A DNA stretch of 63,821 nucleotides, the filler included, from Choristocarpus tenellus KU-1152 (Eukaryota; Protista; Phaeophyceae), in assembly GCA_964200185.2 (NCBI GenBank). It is 16 parts of 16 records of this genome, joined end to end, with 100 filler letters (N's around TTAATTAATTAA, not from the genome) between each part and the next. Parts side by side here need not be neighbours in the genome. Positions count along the whole stretch, not along the records: positions 9,658 to 14,081 come from CAXNAD020014611.1; positions 14,182 to 17,017 come from CAXNAD020024323.1; positions 17,118 to 19,661 come from CAXNAD020026899.1; positions 19,762 to 22,716 come from CAXNAD020023387.1; positions 22,817 to 27,658 come from CAXNAD020012836.1; 11 more parts are not named here. The stretch is one strand, 5' to 3'. Shown one piece after another: positions 12,682-24,106 of the stretch; within the stretch, counting starts at the first letter, position 1, and each line of letters begins with the position of its first letter. Under the pieces are notes generated by a model. The model saw only the letters and a list, made by a program, of their open reading frames with translations, did not search any database and was not told the DNA's origin. The position numbers were made by a program, and so were the translations under genes.

Positions 12682-13778
12682 AGGACGAGAGCTGATACTG
12701 GTACTAATTGTCTAATGAATGGATATACGACAATTATAGACTAGTCCTATGAACCCTTGCACATAACTAAAATTAATCCTTCCATACAAAATGCAATTGC
12801 GCTTGAAAAGGATATGGAAGTACCAGGTGCCAAAACAACCCAGTATGCTAGACGCAAAATTGGTGCAATAAAATGAGGAAGACTTTTGCAGGGCAAGGCA
12901 GAACAAGATCAATATTGTAACTTCGAGTAAAAGAAAGGGTGTAGAAAATAATGGTTCATAAGTTTTCAACACAAGCAGGAGACTTGGGGCTTAAACGTAA
13001 GTGTTGGTATGTCAGGATACAAAGACTCTTGGAATTAAATTATATGCATAATGATAGTGATGTAAGAGAATAGTGATGTAAGAGGGGAGTTTCGCTATTT
13101 GTAAAAAGCTTAAACGTCTCCCTACAGCAATTGTATTTGCTAGGGATTCAAAGTAGAAAATAGCAGACAATTGAAAGATATATAATACGCTAGCAGAGCA
13201 AAAAAAGGGGGATACTGAAATCCCAAAGATATCGTTTGGCGAAATGTCTGGTTCTTTTCTCAAAGCACATCATATCGCCCGATCATCACGAAAGGCTTGT
13301 CACTCAGTTTGAGCATATCAATTACTTGATCAATTTTGATAAAGTTAGACCATGCAGCAAAATCTTTGCTGGAGTTGCACTATGCTGATCCAGCTGACTT
13401 AACAGACAGTGCATACATGAGAGAGTCGGTACAGGTGACATCTACTTGGTTTTGTACAGTGGATATGTGAGAGAGCAGGTAATGGTATCGTACACAGACA
13501 TATAGACTAATAGGCATGGATCGACGACAGGAATCATTTGATTTGCATGGTACGTATGTGAGAGTGGCCCAAGTGATTGTAGGTTGCCCAATCGGGGAAA
13601 AGCAAGACTCAAACTTCCAACAAATTCACAAAAGGAAATATAACTCCGTAGATCTGGTGCTGGCACTTACAGACAGGCAGATGGTCGAACAGGACTTACT
13701 TCCTTTTACACAGTGCGTTCGTGGCAGATGACAAGGGAGCTATATATAGTGGTTGATGGTGGTAAGGTTTCCTATATT

Positions 13779-14037
13779 ATGCGAAAGTATCTTAGAGGGT
13801 ACGAGTTTTGACCTGTTTGTCCATTTAGGGCTTGACTTCCCACGGGTTTTTAATGGCATACTACTTCCTCCAAAATGTTTCCGAGTAGGCCTAATGTATA
13901 CGCTGTGAAAAAATGTGTCCGGAACAAGGATATTGACATCTCCTATCAATCATAATAGCCAAAATTACATCAAAATCGCAACATTGGATTATGACCCCCA
14001 AATGGACGCGGCTCTACCCTCTAAGATTCTTTGACTC
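13779..14037. mobile_element. MITE family B (~260 bp)
   Basis: GAAAGTATCTTAGAGGGTA ... TACCCTCTAAGATTCTTTGACTC, with a conserved interior (ggaacaaggatattgacatctcc, aaatggacgcggctc). Confidence 0.85.
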
Positions 14038-14066
14038 TTTCAGGATATTTTATTTTTGAAACATCT

Positions 14067-14338
14067 GACTCAAAGTATCTGNNNNNNNNNNNNNNNNNNN
14101 NNNNNNNNNNNNNNNNNNNNNNNNNTTAATTAATTAANNNNNNNNNNNNNNNNNNNNNNNNNNNNNNNNNNNNNNNNNNNNGGGGTGGCGACTGTCCGTT
14201 TGGGGTCAATTTTGTTATGTCGCGATTTTTGGGTGATTTGGTTGCATACGTCGGACGGATAATGTAAATGCACTTTTCCTGATTTTGGTCCAAATGTACA
14301 CCCTGCCTGGTGTAGACCCCCCCCAGATACTTTAGGAC
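14067..14338. mobile_element. MITE family A split by a linker
   Basis: gactcaaagtatctg lies before the gap, and the expected continuation ggggtggcgactgtccgtttggggtc...ccccagatacttt follows it. Confidence 0.8.
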
Positions 14339-14956
14339 AGTTCACGATAAAAAGAGAAAAGATAATGGGTTAGGGTAGGAGTAGTGTACCTGCGACAGTC
14401 TTGAAGGGTAAGTGCAGTTTAGATATTTTGCTTGAAATGTGGAACTGGGGCAGATATCAGGCCTATATCGATCAGTGATAGAGTGCATGGGTTGTGTTCC
14501 GCTGCCTATGTCGTTCACCCCAATCCATATGGCAAGAAAAATTGAACAGCGTTGGCTCATCGTAAGATGATGTAGAGGGGACCACCCCATGCAAGGGTCA
14601 CGTGTGGAAGGTACGAGGCTAGTAGTGGGACGTTAATTAGGTATAATAGGCACCCTGCGAATCAATGGTTATGTCAATATGAGAAGTCATAGATTTTTGC
14701 AGCATAGCAACAAGCTGGGAGATAACATGGTATAACAAAACAAATAAGGAAACCTCTATAGATATGAGTACTGAATGAGGGCATGTGGTAGGTGGGGATT
14801 TTTAGGTGAAGTGACCGGCACAAAATTAGTAGATATATTTTCAGAGTACTGGATGAGGACACATGGTAGGTGGGGATTTGAGGTGGAGTGAATGCCACGA
14901 TAGTAAGAGTTGAGGAATTGGGAGTAGATGTATGATCTGCGATATGATGATTAAAA

Positions 14957-15217
14957 GAGTGAAAGTATATCGTAGAGGGGACGAGTTTTTCTCTGTTTAT
15001 CCATTTAGGACTTGGCTTCTCGCAGATGTTTAGTGACGTTTTACCTACTCCAAAATGTTTCGAAGTAGGTAAAATGTATACCATATGAAAAGGTGTGGCC
15101 AGAACAAGGATATTGACATCTCCCAACAAACATGACTGTCAAAACTACATCAAGATTGAAACATTGCATTTTCGCCCTCAATTGGACGCGGCTCTACCCT
15201 CTAAGATACTTTAACTC
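14957..15217. mobile_element. MITE family B
   Basis: GAGTGAAAGTAT...CCCTCTAAGATACTTTAACTC with the family B interior. Confidence 0.85.
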
Positions 15218-15777
15218 CAAACGAGATGCGATAGTTCAAAGAAAGAGACTAAGCGAGAACATCATATTGGAAAATACGGAAGTAAAGAAGATTACGCCAA
15301 TATAAAGAGGGGGGGAGAGGAATGATTAACCGTAGCTCCTGCACCACCCTGCGTACAAATTTGAGATAACCTTGTGAATAAAGGGCTACTGCTTACAATG
15401 GTAGGTTAAATTTGAGGACTTTAGATTACTTGAAAAAAAAAAGAGTAGGGATTGGGACTACGATGTATGACTGTTTAAGGAAGATTCGTGGGCATCCTTT
15501 CTACAATCATTAACAAATCACAACAGTGAAGGAAAGTGATAACAGAGGGTATAGAGCCTAATAGTGGGGTAATCAGTTCAAGTCAATAAAATGGGTGGGG
15601 TGGGGGAAAGATTCAGGTCACAATAGTGGGGACATATCAGATACGATGGCACAGCATGAACGTCTCCAACAGTTCGAGTTGCATAAGGAGTTGAAATGGA
15701 TGTGTTCAATTGAAGGGAAGATATATGAATAGTATGCTGCATTTCCCTCATTGATAATTTTAAAATTGGGTTATGAA

Positions 15778-15969
15778 TGTTTTCCCCATGTCTTGAAACA
15801 AAAGATATCAAGTTGGGTTATTCATGTTTTGAACATACGTTCAAAATTGCTAACTTTTGCCATCGGATGAAATATATCAAATTTGTCGGATGTTTTCCCC
15901 ATGCCTTGAAACAAAAGATATCAAGTTGTTATTCGTGTTTTGTACATGCGTTCAAAATTGCTACCTTTT
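15778..15969. repeat. Two-copy direct repeat, ~113-bp period
   Basis: tgttttccccatgYcttgaaacaaaagatatcaagttg...ttcaaaattgcta at 15778 and 15891. Confidence 0.85.
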
Positions 15970-16269
15970 CCCGTTCCCCAAATGTTGGCAACTCCTGCTA
16001 TCAACAGCGAGAAATTTACCCTCTTCATTGAAAACAAAAGGCCTCATTTGAATGACATCGGTTTCATAATATTCACGTGTGCAAATAGACATCACAGATG
16101 CTATCGATCTTGAAACCACAAATCACACATACTGCCCCTACTATTGTTGCAACACTCCCCGCCTTGTTCTCACTGACAATGCCCTTGCTTCCGTCACTAA
16201 TCACATGTATCCGCCCCTGCATCCGCCTCGTTTGTGTTGGTCACTACCGCTGCTCACACCCCACCCCCC

Positions 16270-16720
16270 TATCATGCCACGGAGCAACGGTTGGGAGCAC
16301 CAACAACTCCATGGGGAAGAGGACCACAGGGGTGATAGCAACAAGCCTCAATGCAACGCATACCATGGACCTTGCACATTGGCATTCATGTCCCAAGAGT
16401 TTAATGCAAACCTCCTCGACAAGGGCAGGGTCGAGAGCATGTTCACTGAACTGGGCACGCAGACACACAAGACACAGCCGAGAAGCTCGCGGCCATCTTG
16501 AGTGGACAGCCCTTCTCTTTGTGCTCACATTGAAAGACTCTCTAGGAATTCAAGGCCTCAGTGCATGGATCACCGGTTCACCTTGATGTACCCGACGACG
16601 AACTATTCTCGCAATACATTGGAGAGGGCTGCGTAGAAGCAGATGAGCACTGCAAGGAGAGGGATCCCACTGACAGCTGTAACACTTTCTTCTGTCTGAG
16701 CAGGCAACATAGGATTATGC
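16270..16720 (+). pseudogene. Frameshifted copy of a repeated ORF (retroelement ORF1/gag-like, unproven)
   Basis: TSLNATHTMDLA/LAFMSQEFNANLLDKGRVESMFTELG is clearly homologous to SNLSATRTIDLATSAFLSQRYNANLLDKDRVESMFSKLG at 23206-23796. Confidence 0.55.
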
Positions 16721-16750
16721 CAAGGGGACTAGACCTTGACCTCTGCCGAC

Positions 16751-16837
16751 AATAATAATAATAATAAAAATAATAATAATAATAATAACAATAACAATAA
16801 TAACAATAATAATAATAACAATAAGAAGAAGAAGAAG
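16751..16837. repeat. Compound (AAT/AAC)n-(AAG)n microsatellite
   Basis: Directly visible in the sequence. Confidence 0.95.
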
Positions 16838-17279
16838 TCCGCAGTGATCGCTGAATGGGACGTACCCGTGGAGAAGCTTGGTGGAAAGGAGAGGCGGGAA
16901 GGACCGCTAAGTTGCGGGGATGAGTCTCTCGACGCTGCCCTAACCGATGGAAGGGACATGGATGACGACATTGGGGGGGGGGCGCGGAAGCTCCCTCCTA
17001 GCTTCACTAAGTGCTCTNNNNNNNNNNNNNNNNNNNNNNNNNNNNNNNNNNNNNNNNNNNNTTAATTAATTAANNNNNNNNNNNNNNNNNNNNNNNNNNN
17101 NNNNNNNNNNNNNNNNNCATCCCCTAATGCTAGTATACAAGACGAGGAGGGGGGGGCGCCCTCAATTAGGCACAGACAACCATCTCAAAAGCCACCAGGA
17201 CATGATTTGTCTTGCCTATAACGACGGGCTGCAGTTCACATGCAATAAGCGAGTCACCGTCGACGACATCTTTGGCCAC

Positions 17280-17820
17280 GGACATAAAACGTCTCCTGTT
17301 CCACTCCATGATGGACGTCGAATACGAAGGTGCTGCCTCGGACATCCCCATGACGGCCCTCAACTTCCTTGTTAACAGGTTAGTCAATAACGTCACACAC
17401 GTCCTTCTTCACAGAAGCAGCGATTTATTTATTTTTTTGTAGAAGGTATAGGACATCGTTAAACAGTAACAGAACGAGCTGGGTGACGGTTCAGGGGCGT
17501 CATTCCATACCACGAGTTTATTTCCCGAATCGGTACGTTAAGCATGGAAACAACAAAGAGCGTGTTGCCCTGTATCAGAAGGTACTGCATACACTGCGAA
17601 ATGATGAATCCGTGCGCAATACAATACCACGTTAGGGCTAATTTACGAACTGCCCTCCCATGCTAGGTACACGAATGCTGGGGACACCGTCGTCTCCTAC
17701 AGCGCAGAGAGGCACAATGTGGTGGAGGCGGTCCTTGAACGGAGCAGGAGAGTGGAGGTGTTCGTGTCCAACGCGGCGTCAAAGGACGAGGTGAAGCAGA
17801 GGATGGACAGTGGGGGGTAA
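17280..17820 (+). pseudogene. Degenerate N4/N6 DNA-methyltransferase-like (beta-class order) coding remnant
   Basis: FHSMMDVEY (motif IV-like) ... ALYQK ... LIYELPSHARYTNAGDTVVSYSAERHNVVEAVLERSRRVEVFVSNAASKDEVKQRM*, with spacing similar to QKP..L...li..yTn.GDtVlDpF.GsG....Aa...gR...g.E....y...a..Rl. The canonical DPPY and FxGxG motifs are not intact. Confidence 0.35.
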
Positions 17821-18220
17821 GAAGGGTGTGCTGGCTTTTTTTTTTACATTACTTTCCAACTTGTTGTTTGTACTACCAACCCTACAGATAATAGGTCTCG
17901 AGCTTGCAATTGTACTGCTGATGTTTCCTTGTAGATGGTTCCGAGTAGCCAACTTTGTGCACGCAGTTACCCACACCACCACTGGAAATCGCGAGTCCCA
18001 AGTCTTTGCTGTGATCGTGAATACGTCGTAACATCCCCATTCCCACACAAACAAAAAACACAATGGCATGCTGCAGTACATCACAACATCGTTAACCAAC
18101 TAACCCTAACCCATACATATATGACAAAACCTTATTGCATGGCCAACCCACTTCACTACCACATTATTGGACTGTCACATATACGCACGTGATGCTACAG
18201 GTTTCCACGTCTCTCGCTCA

Positions 18221-18478
18221 GAGCCAAAGTATCTTAGAGGGTAGAGCTGCGTCCGTTTGAGGGCCAAATCCAATATTGCGATTTTGACGTAATTTTTGAT
18301 ATCGTGTTTGTTTGGAAGTGTTAATGTCCATGTTCTGGTCGCACATTTTCATAACGCATATATTTCACCTACTCCAAAAAAATTTGGAGCAGGAAAATGT
18401 CATAATAATACTCATAGGTAGCCCAGTCCCAAATGGACAAACAGGGTAAAACTTGTACCCTCTAAGATACTTTCACTC
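18221..18478. mobile_element. MITE family B, reverse orientation, TSD TCA
   Basis: tca|GAGCCAAAGTATCTTAGAGGGTA ... TACCCTCTAAGATACTTTCACTC|tca. Confidence 0.92.
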
Positions 18479-18677
18479 TCAAGAACGCGTGATAGGCCCT
18501 TCCTGCCTGCAGAGAGCCTTAGGGCAGACCATCGTCCCAACGGAGACGCATCGATGTTTTGCTGAGGCTGTCCATCCTAAGGGAAAGGCGATGGGACGCG
18601 ATGAGGCGACCATATTCGTAGCAAAGGCGGTGGCAACGGGGTTCGGCTACCAGATCGAGGTTAATGTGGTATGGAAT

Positions 18678-19030
18678 GAGTGAAAGTATCTTAGAGGGAA
18701 CGAATTTTTTACTGTTTGTCCATTTGTGGGGCTTGGTACATGATGGATTTTTTTATGACGTTTTCTGTCTCATTGGTATGTTTCGGAGTAGTAGGTAAAA
18801 TGTGTACGACGTTTGTGGGGCTTGACTTCCCACGTTTTTTTTTTCATGACATCAGCCAGCTCTGAAAATGTCTCGGAGTACGTAAAATGTATACGTCGTG
18901 AAAGGTGTCCGAAATTCTGATATTGACACTACTTCCTAACAAACACGATATCCAAGATTTCACCAAAATCGCAACATCATATTTTGACGACCAAATTTAC
19001 GTGGCTCTTCCCTCTAACATACTTTGGCTC
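18678..19030. mobile_element. MITE family B with ~90-bp internal duplication
   Basis: GAGTGAAAGTATCTTAGAGGG ... ATACTTTGGCTC. The block starting tttgtggggcttg occurs twice (~18723 and ~18812). Flanked by gaat on both sides. Confidence 0.88.
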
Positions 19031-19396
19031 GAATGCGCTGATTTACTAATTTTGTTAAGATCGAACAGCAGAGTTTTTTAGTTACCATTACACATGATAT
19101 ACAATTTATTTTTATTCGTAAGTCCTAACCTACCTAATGCGGCACCCAAACACGTCGTGTACAAATATGTGGGCCTTAGGGGTAGTATTGCGTCGGTAGC
19201 GTGTGTGACTTTTTGCCACAACAATGTTGTCGTCCCTGCACCACCTTCTTCAGATGGTTTTGCCTCCAATTAACCACACTCATAAATCGCCGTACTATAA
19301 CCCCCCATCAACAACCCTTGACCCCACCCAACCCCACCGATGTCTTTGTTCTCCGCAATATTCAGCCGCGTGCAAGCTCGTCCTCCAATCCCGCGG

Positions 19397-19661
19397 AAAT
19401 GGCCTTGTACCCGCTCGAAGAGAAAGACTACAAAGTCGACTGCGCGGACATCCCTGCGTGGGGCGATCTCATGGTCTGCAACTCTCGTTCAGAGGCCTTT
19501 GATTCGCTCTCCCCCGAAGACCGTGAGTCCCTAAACGTTCGTCTACTCCATGTGGCCAGTAACAGACAGCTCAAATGCATGCTTGAGTCTGATAGGGAGG
19601 TGTGTGGGCCGGGCGCAGAGCTCTACTTGTGCGTGGCAGCCACTTGCCCTTTGTACTACAT
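19397..19661 (+). CDS. Unidentified coding-like segment running into a gap
   Basis: GC-rich open frame MALYPLEEKDYKVDCADIPAWGDLMVCNSR...; no family recognised. Confidence 0.3.
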
Positions 19662-19761
19662 NNNNNNNNNNNNNNNNNNNNNNNNNNNNNNNNNNNNNNN
19701 NNNNNTTAATTAATTAANNNNNNNNNNNNNNNNNNNNNNNNNNNNNNNNNNNNNNNNNNNN

Positions 19762-22716
19762 TTCTTGCCGTTCCCAACAAGTTTCTCGCAAGTCCAAACA
19801 ATACCCGCCACGGGTTCCCAGCTAACGTCTTTAACTCGCTTTTGTTTCCCACCTCGCCCGAATCTATGACCAGCGTGTGCACCCAGCCTTCTACAAAACT
19901 ACTTTTGCCATATTTCTCAAGGGTTTGGGTCGCGGATATTTGTCACGTGTGCGATCACTGGTCGACCGAAGCCAGTGAATATCCACACCATGCACCCCGT
20001 CCTCGCCGACGCGCTCCGCCAGGATCTTTCCAACCAAGAGCTGCGCCTCCGTTGCCACAAAAAAGGCAAACCTGCCTTCCTGCACTGAGACTAGGTTTCC
20101 ATGGTTCCCCAATGTCAACGTAGTACGAAGCCAACACCGTCAACGGGAGCCAGGTTCTTCCTTGTCACTGTCCGATGAGGAAGAGTGTGTTTCCTCGAGC
20201 CCGCCGAGATCATTGTCACCGCTGACGAGATTATCTCCCCCACCCGAATGTTCGCCCTGGTCGATGTCTTCGACGTCGCCGGTGCTAGTTCCAACGCCAT
20301 CGCCATCGGTGCTAGTTCCAGCGGCATCGCCATCGGTGGGAAGCCAATGGACTGGGAGGTCGAAATCTCGTTCCCCTGTCTTTTGGAGAAGTCGCACAGA
20401 CTCGCTTTGCTCGTGTTTCGCTCTCTGAACGGCTCCATCGTCTGCGAAGGTGGAATACATGAGCACGAGGACATCAACGGTATGGATGTATGAATGTTAC
20501 TTTGCTACCAGCGTGAGGTTGCACGAATGCGTTTGGGGAGCATGCGGAGAGAGGGAGGGTGTATATTTCGAGAGAATCGTCTCTGTTGAGTACAAGACCG
20601 GTACCCTCAAAACATTTATGGGGAGTAATATATGGTAATTTTTATTGTAACATGCGACGATCACTACACATGAGAATGCAATATTTTTCAAGATTTTTTT
20701 TCTAAAGGCTGCAAATGCTGCCTCATACAAAACTTGCACCTGAATTTTTTGGCTGCCACCGAATACCAAAATTAGCTATCAACTCCCCTCACGAAAAAAT
20801 CGACTTACCCAGTGGGTACGCAGCAGGGAGGCGCTCGTGCGACGCCTGGTACCGCTGCTTCACCTTCAGGATGACGTCTTTGGGAACGCTCTTGAGCTGG
20901 TAGGGTGGTGCATCTTGGATACGAGGCGGGTGGCCGATAAAGAGGTCGTGCGGAGGGGCGTTGGGGTTCATAGCAAGGTCTCCGCCTATCCCACTCCATT
21001 CTGTCTTGTGCATGTATCGCTTTACGCTAACCTTCACCCGCCCATCGCCGCCTTTTTCAATGCGAAAATCCCTGTAGCTCGTGATGTTGGGGACACGGTT
21101 GATGCAACCACGAAGGAGTCCCTTGAAATTGCCCTCGTTCTGCAGGGTCTTGTAGTATATACTGGAACCTCCGTGTAGGAGGCCTGCAGCTCTTCACCCA
21201 GCTGTGTTCTGGTGATTTTTTTTCCCTTTTATTCCACGTGAGAACCTGAAGGTGAAGTGCAAGCAAGTTAATTTCGAGGCGGGGGCGAAAGAAGCGAAGT
21301 GGATAAGCAAGATATATATGCAGGAATATGCTCTGATGCATGTATATGGAAAAATAAATATATAATGGGGTGATGTGTATATTTTTTTTTATTGTTTGTT
21401 TCGAGAGTATGTTACGAAATAGTTTTGGCAGCTGCTCTTATCGGTAAAATTCGTTGTGGGGAAATCAAAAGCCAACCGATCAATTACAGCGTACGGCCAT
21501 AAACCTTCCAGGAATTCAACAAGCGTGGGCTGCAAGCCTCGAGGCTGTATCTGTCCATATAAGAACACTATATGGCTATCGAACTTGCATATATATCTTA
21601 CCTAATTACCTGGAGAAGATCTGATCGATTTTGATGTGTGTGTGCCCCACCATAAAATGTATCTCGACAACACGAATGACACTCACCGCAACCAACAGCG
21701 CCGCGTATCCGAGAAAGAAATTGTTCTTTTTCTCTGAGACGCAGTTGTCGACCTGTCCAGTTTGGGGAGTTGGGAGCCAGGGAGGGATGGGCGTGAGGCC
21801 AATATGTCAGCCCAGTTCGCCGCGTTTCGTGGAGGAACAGGGTAGGTTTCCAGTATTGCTAGAGCGCAATCTCTACATCACCGCCATCATACATGCAGGT
21901 TGCAACACACAAACCAAAACTAAAGACCGTGCAGTTAGTTACTTGGTGACTGGTATTCAGCGAGTATGTGTTGAGTAGGTCGTGTCAGGATGAAACCTTC
22001 TTACCTGCCAATGCGCGTGCTGGATGATGCAATTCCCCGAGTCATCAAGGCTGTTGCAGCACTTGTCGATAAGCCTTGTGAGGGCAAGGTGGGTGGCTGT
22101 GCAGACAAGGTTACAACCTGCGCGAACAATGATGTTCAATAACTGTTGGTAAAACGTACTCTGCTCATTAACGCATTGTTTATTTGGAGCTAAAAAGAAG
22201 GGTAATGTAATTTGTTTATGCAATGTAGAGGACATACACCCATACGGCTAGTGTACATGTCTGCGATCTCCACTACCCGTTGATTAGCTCTTACGCTACT
22301 CTACAGTACGTACCTCCTCCAAGATTGATAGGAGTGAAGAACACCTCCGCGAACTGGCCTTCGACGTGTGCGGCAATGATCTTCTGGCGCTCGGAGTAGC
22401 CCCTGATAAGGGGGACATGAACGAAATGAACATGTAAAGAAAGGTCATCATGATGAACGGAATAGGTAGTGGAATTATGTGCGTTTGTTTTGGCGATTAT
22501 TTCTTGGGACTTTGCACTCATCCGTGGGATAAAACATGGTCTTCTATTCTGTTCCGCGTGCGGCTGCAAAGTTCTTGTCGGATAGACTGTGCGTGCGTGT
22601 GGTTACCTGTCACCGCCGTGGGTAGGTGGGTAAAGTGCTGGGAGGGCGTGTGCTGTCTGGTTCGCGGCGTCTACGGACATGAACACGAAGCCGAGAGGTT
22701 TGCCGTCGGCTTTGGC
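19762..22716 (-). mobile_element. Sola-type (Sola2-like) DDD transposase pseudogene with five introns; 5' end lost at a gap
   Basis: Exons 22716-22607 (FVFMSVDAANQTAHALP), 22402-22314 (KIIAAHVEG), 22117-22005 (GCNLVCT...HAHWQ), 21752-21610 (VDNCVSEKKN...HFMVGHTHIKIDQIFSR), 21245-20809 (NFKGLL...NITSYRDFRIEK..GRVKVSVKRY..TEW; two frameshifts) and 20441 onward (acidic linker, in-frame TGA at 20140). All have GT-AG borders. Confidence 0.85.
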
Positions 22717-22816
22717 NNNNNNNNNNNNNNNNNNNNNNNNNNNNNNNNNNNNNNNNNNNNTTAATTAATTAANNNNNNNNNNNNNNNNNNNNNNNNNNNN
22801 NNNNNNNNNNNNNNNN

Positions 22817-22953
22817 GTGTCCATTTGGGTCAAATCAGGAAAAGTGCATTTACGTTATCCATCCGACGTATGCAATCAAATCACCCAAAAATCGCGAGAT
22901 GAAAAAATTGACCCCAAATGGACAGCCAACCCCCCCCCCAGATACTTTGAGCC
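22817..22953. mobile_element. MITE family A, reverse orientation, truncated by a gap
   Basis: Family A interior ending ccccccagatactttgagcc. Confidence 0.85.
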
Positions 22954-22959
22954 AACAGA

Positions 22960-23796
22960 CCAGGGGACAGCAATCCAGACCCTTCGTCTGCCGCCCAGGC
23001 CGAGGAAGAATGGGCATCGCAACCGTGGAAAATAAAAAGGGCATTCTTACGGAGGATTCACACCAAGAATGTCCTCATCAAAAAGGCTGTCCTGGAGGTC
23101 GCAGTGCAGGTCATGAAGGACCTCATGTTCTTCTTCCCCTTTCCTCGCATCCTCGTCTTCTTTCCTTTGTCAGGGTCGGCCGGGGGTCGTTGTTCCGGAC
23201 GCCCCTTAGAGTGGTCGAGAACTGTCATGGAGGAGCGCATGGGTAGTGGAATGGTAAATCTCACGTATGACATGGGTGTCTGCCTCGCGAGGGACAGACT
23301 TGATGGTAAATATTGCGGCTGTTGCAGGTTCAGGAGGGGGGTATATGCATATACATGAATACGTTGGGTGAATCGTCACAGTCAAAGCTTGACTTACCCA
23401 TTCCTCTGGAAATATCTCCGTCCCAACAACATACGATGGTGTAATACGCAGTAGCACCCCTTGTTTTATTGGAGCCCGTTGATGGCGCTCTTCCTCTTGC
23501 TTCTGGAAGGCCCTTCGCTCCAGGGTGTGGTGTAGGAAGTAGAATGAGTGTCGTTTCTCCTCTTGGGAATGATGCAGTCCCAGCTTTGAAAACATGGACT
23601 CTACCCTGTCCTTGTCAAGGAGATTGGCATTGTACCTCTGGGACAAGAAAGCAGATGTGGCCAGGTCGATTGTACGGGTCGCGCTGAGGTTTGATGTGAT
23701 CAACTCTGTCATCTTTTCCTCTTGAGGTTTCTTTGGGCCTCCGGTCGACTGCCTGTGAAGGTAGGGGGGGATATTTGATGGCAACAATATCAGCAA
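22960..23796 (-). pseudogene. Repeated ORF (retroelement ORF1/gag-like, unproven), second copy
   Basis: 196-aa frame homologous to 16270-16720; contains an RRM-like FTIKSVPREADTHVIREIY segment. Confidence 0.5.
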
Positions 23797-24106
23797 ATGA
23801 GAAGGATATCGACGCAGGGGTGGATACTATCGTTAGGTGATGACAGCAAGGGTGTTGTCGTATATACAGTGCTAGAGTATGTGATCAATGATGGCGGGTT
23901 CTGTAGGGAGTGCGGGGTTCGTGTCCATGCGTGGACTTGGCAAACATGAGATGATGAGGACGTAGTGCTGTTGTCGTCATGAGGACGGCATAGTACTTTC
24001 CGTGGAGACTGCTATTTGCGAACATGCAGCTAATGGTAAACCCTGCCAATATGGAAGGAATATTGTTATACGAGAACGCACCAATACCGTACGCAGACGA
24101 AAAATA

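Noticed and set aside
16729-17065. Poly-Asn / poly-Leu ORFs
   Set aside because: These are translations of an AAT/AAC microsatellite.
20162-21178. Plus-strand ORFs (Ser/Pro-rich 88 aa, 102 aa, 113 aa)
   Set aside because: They are antisense shadows of the Sola transposase exons.
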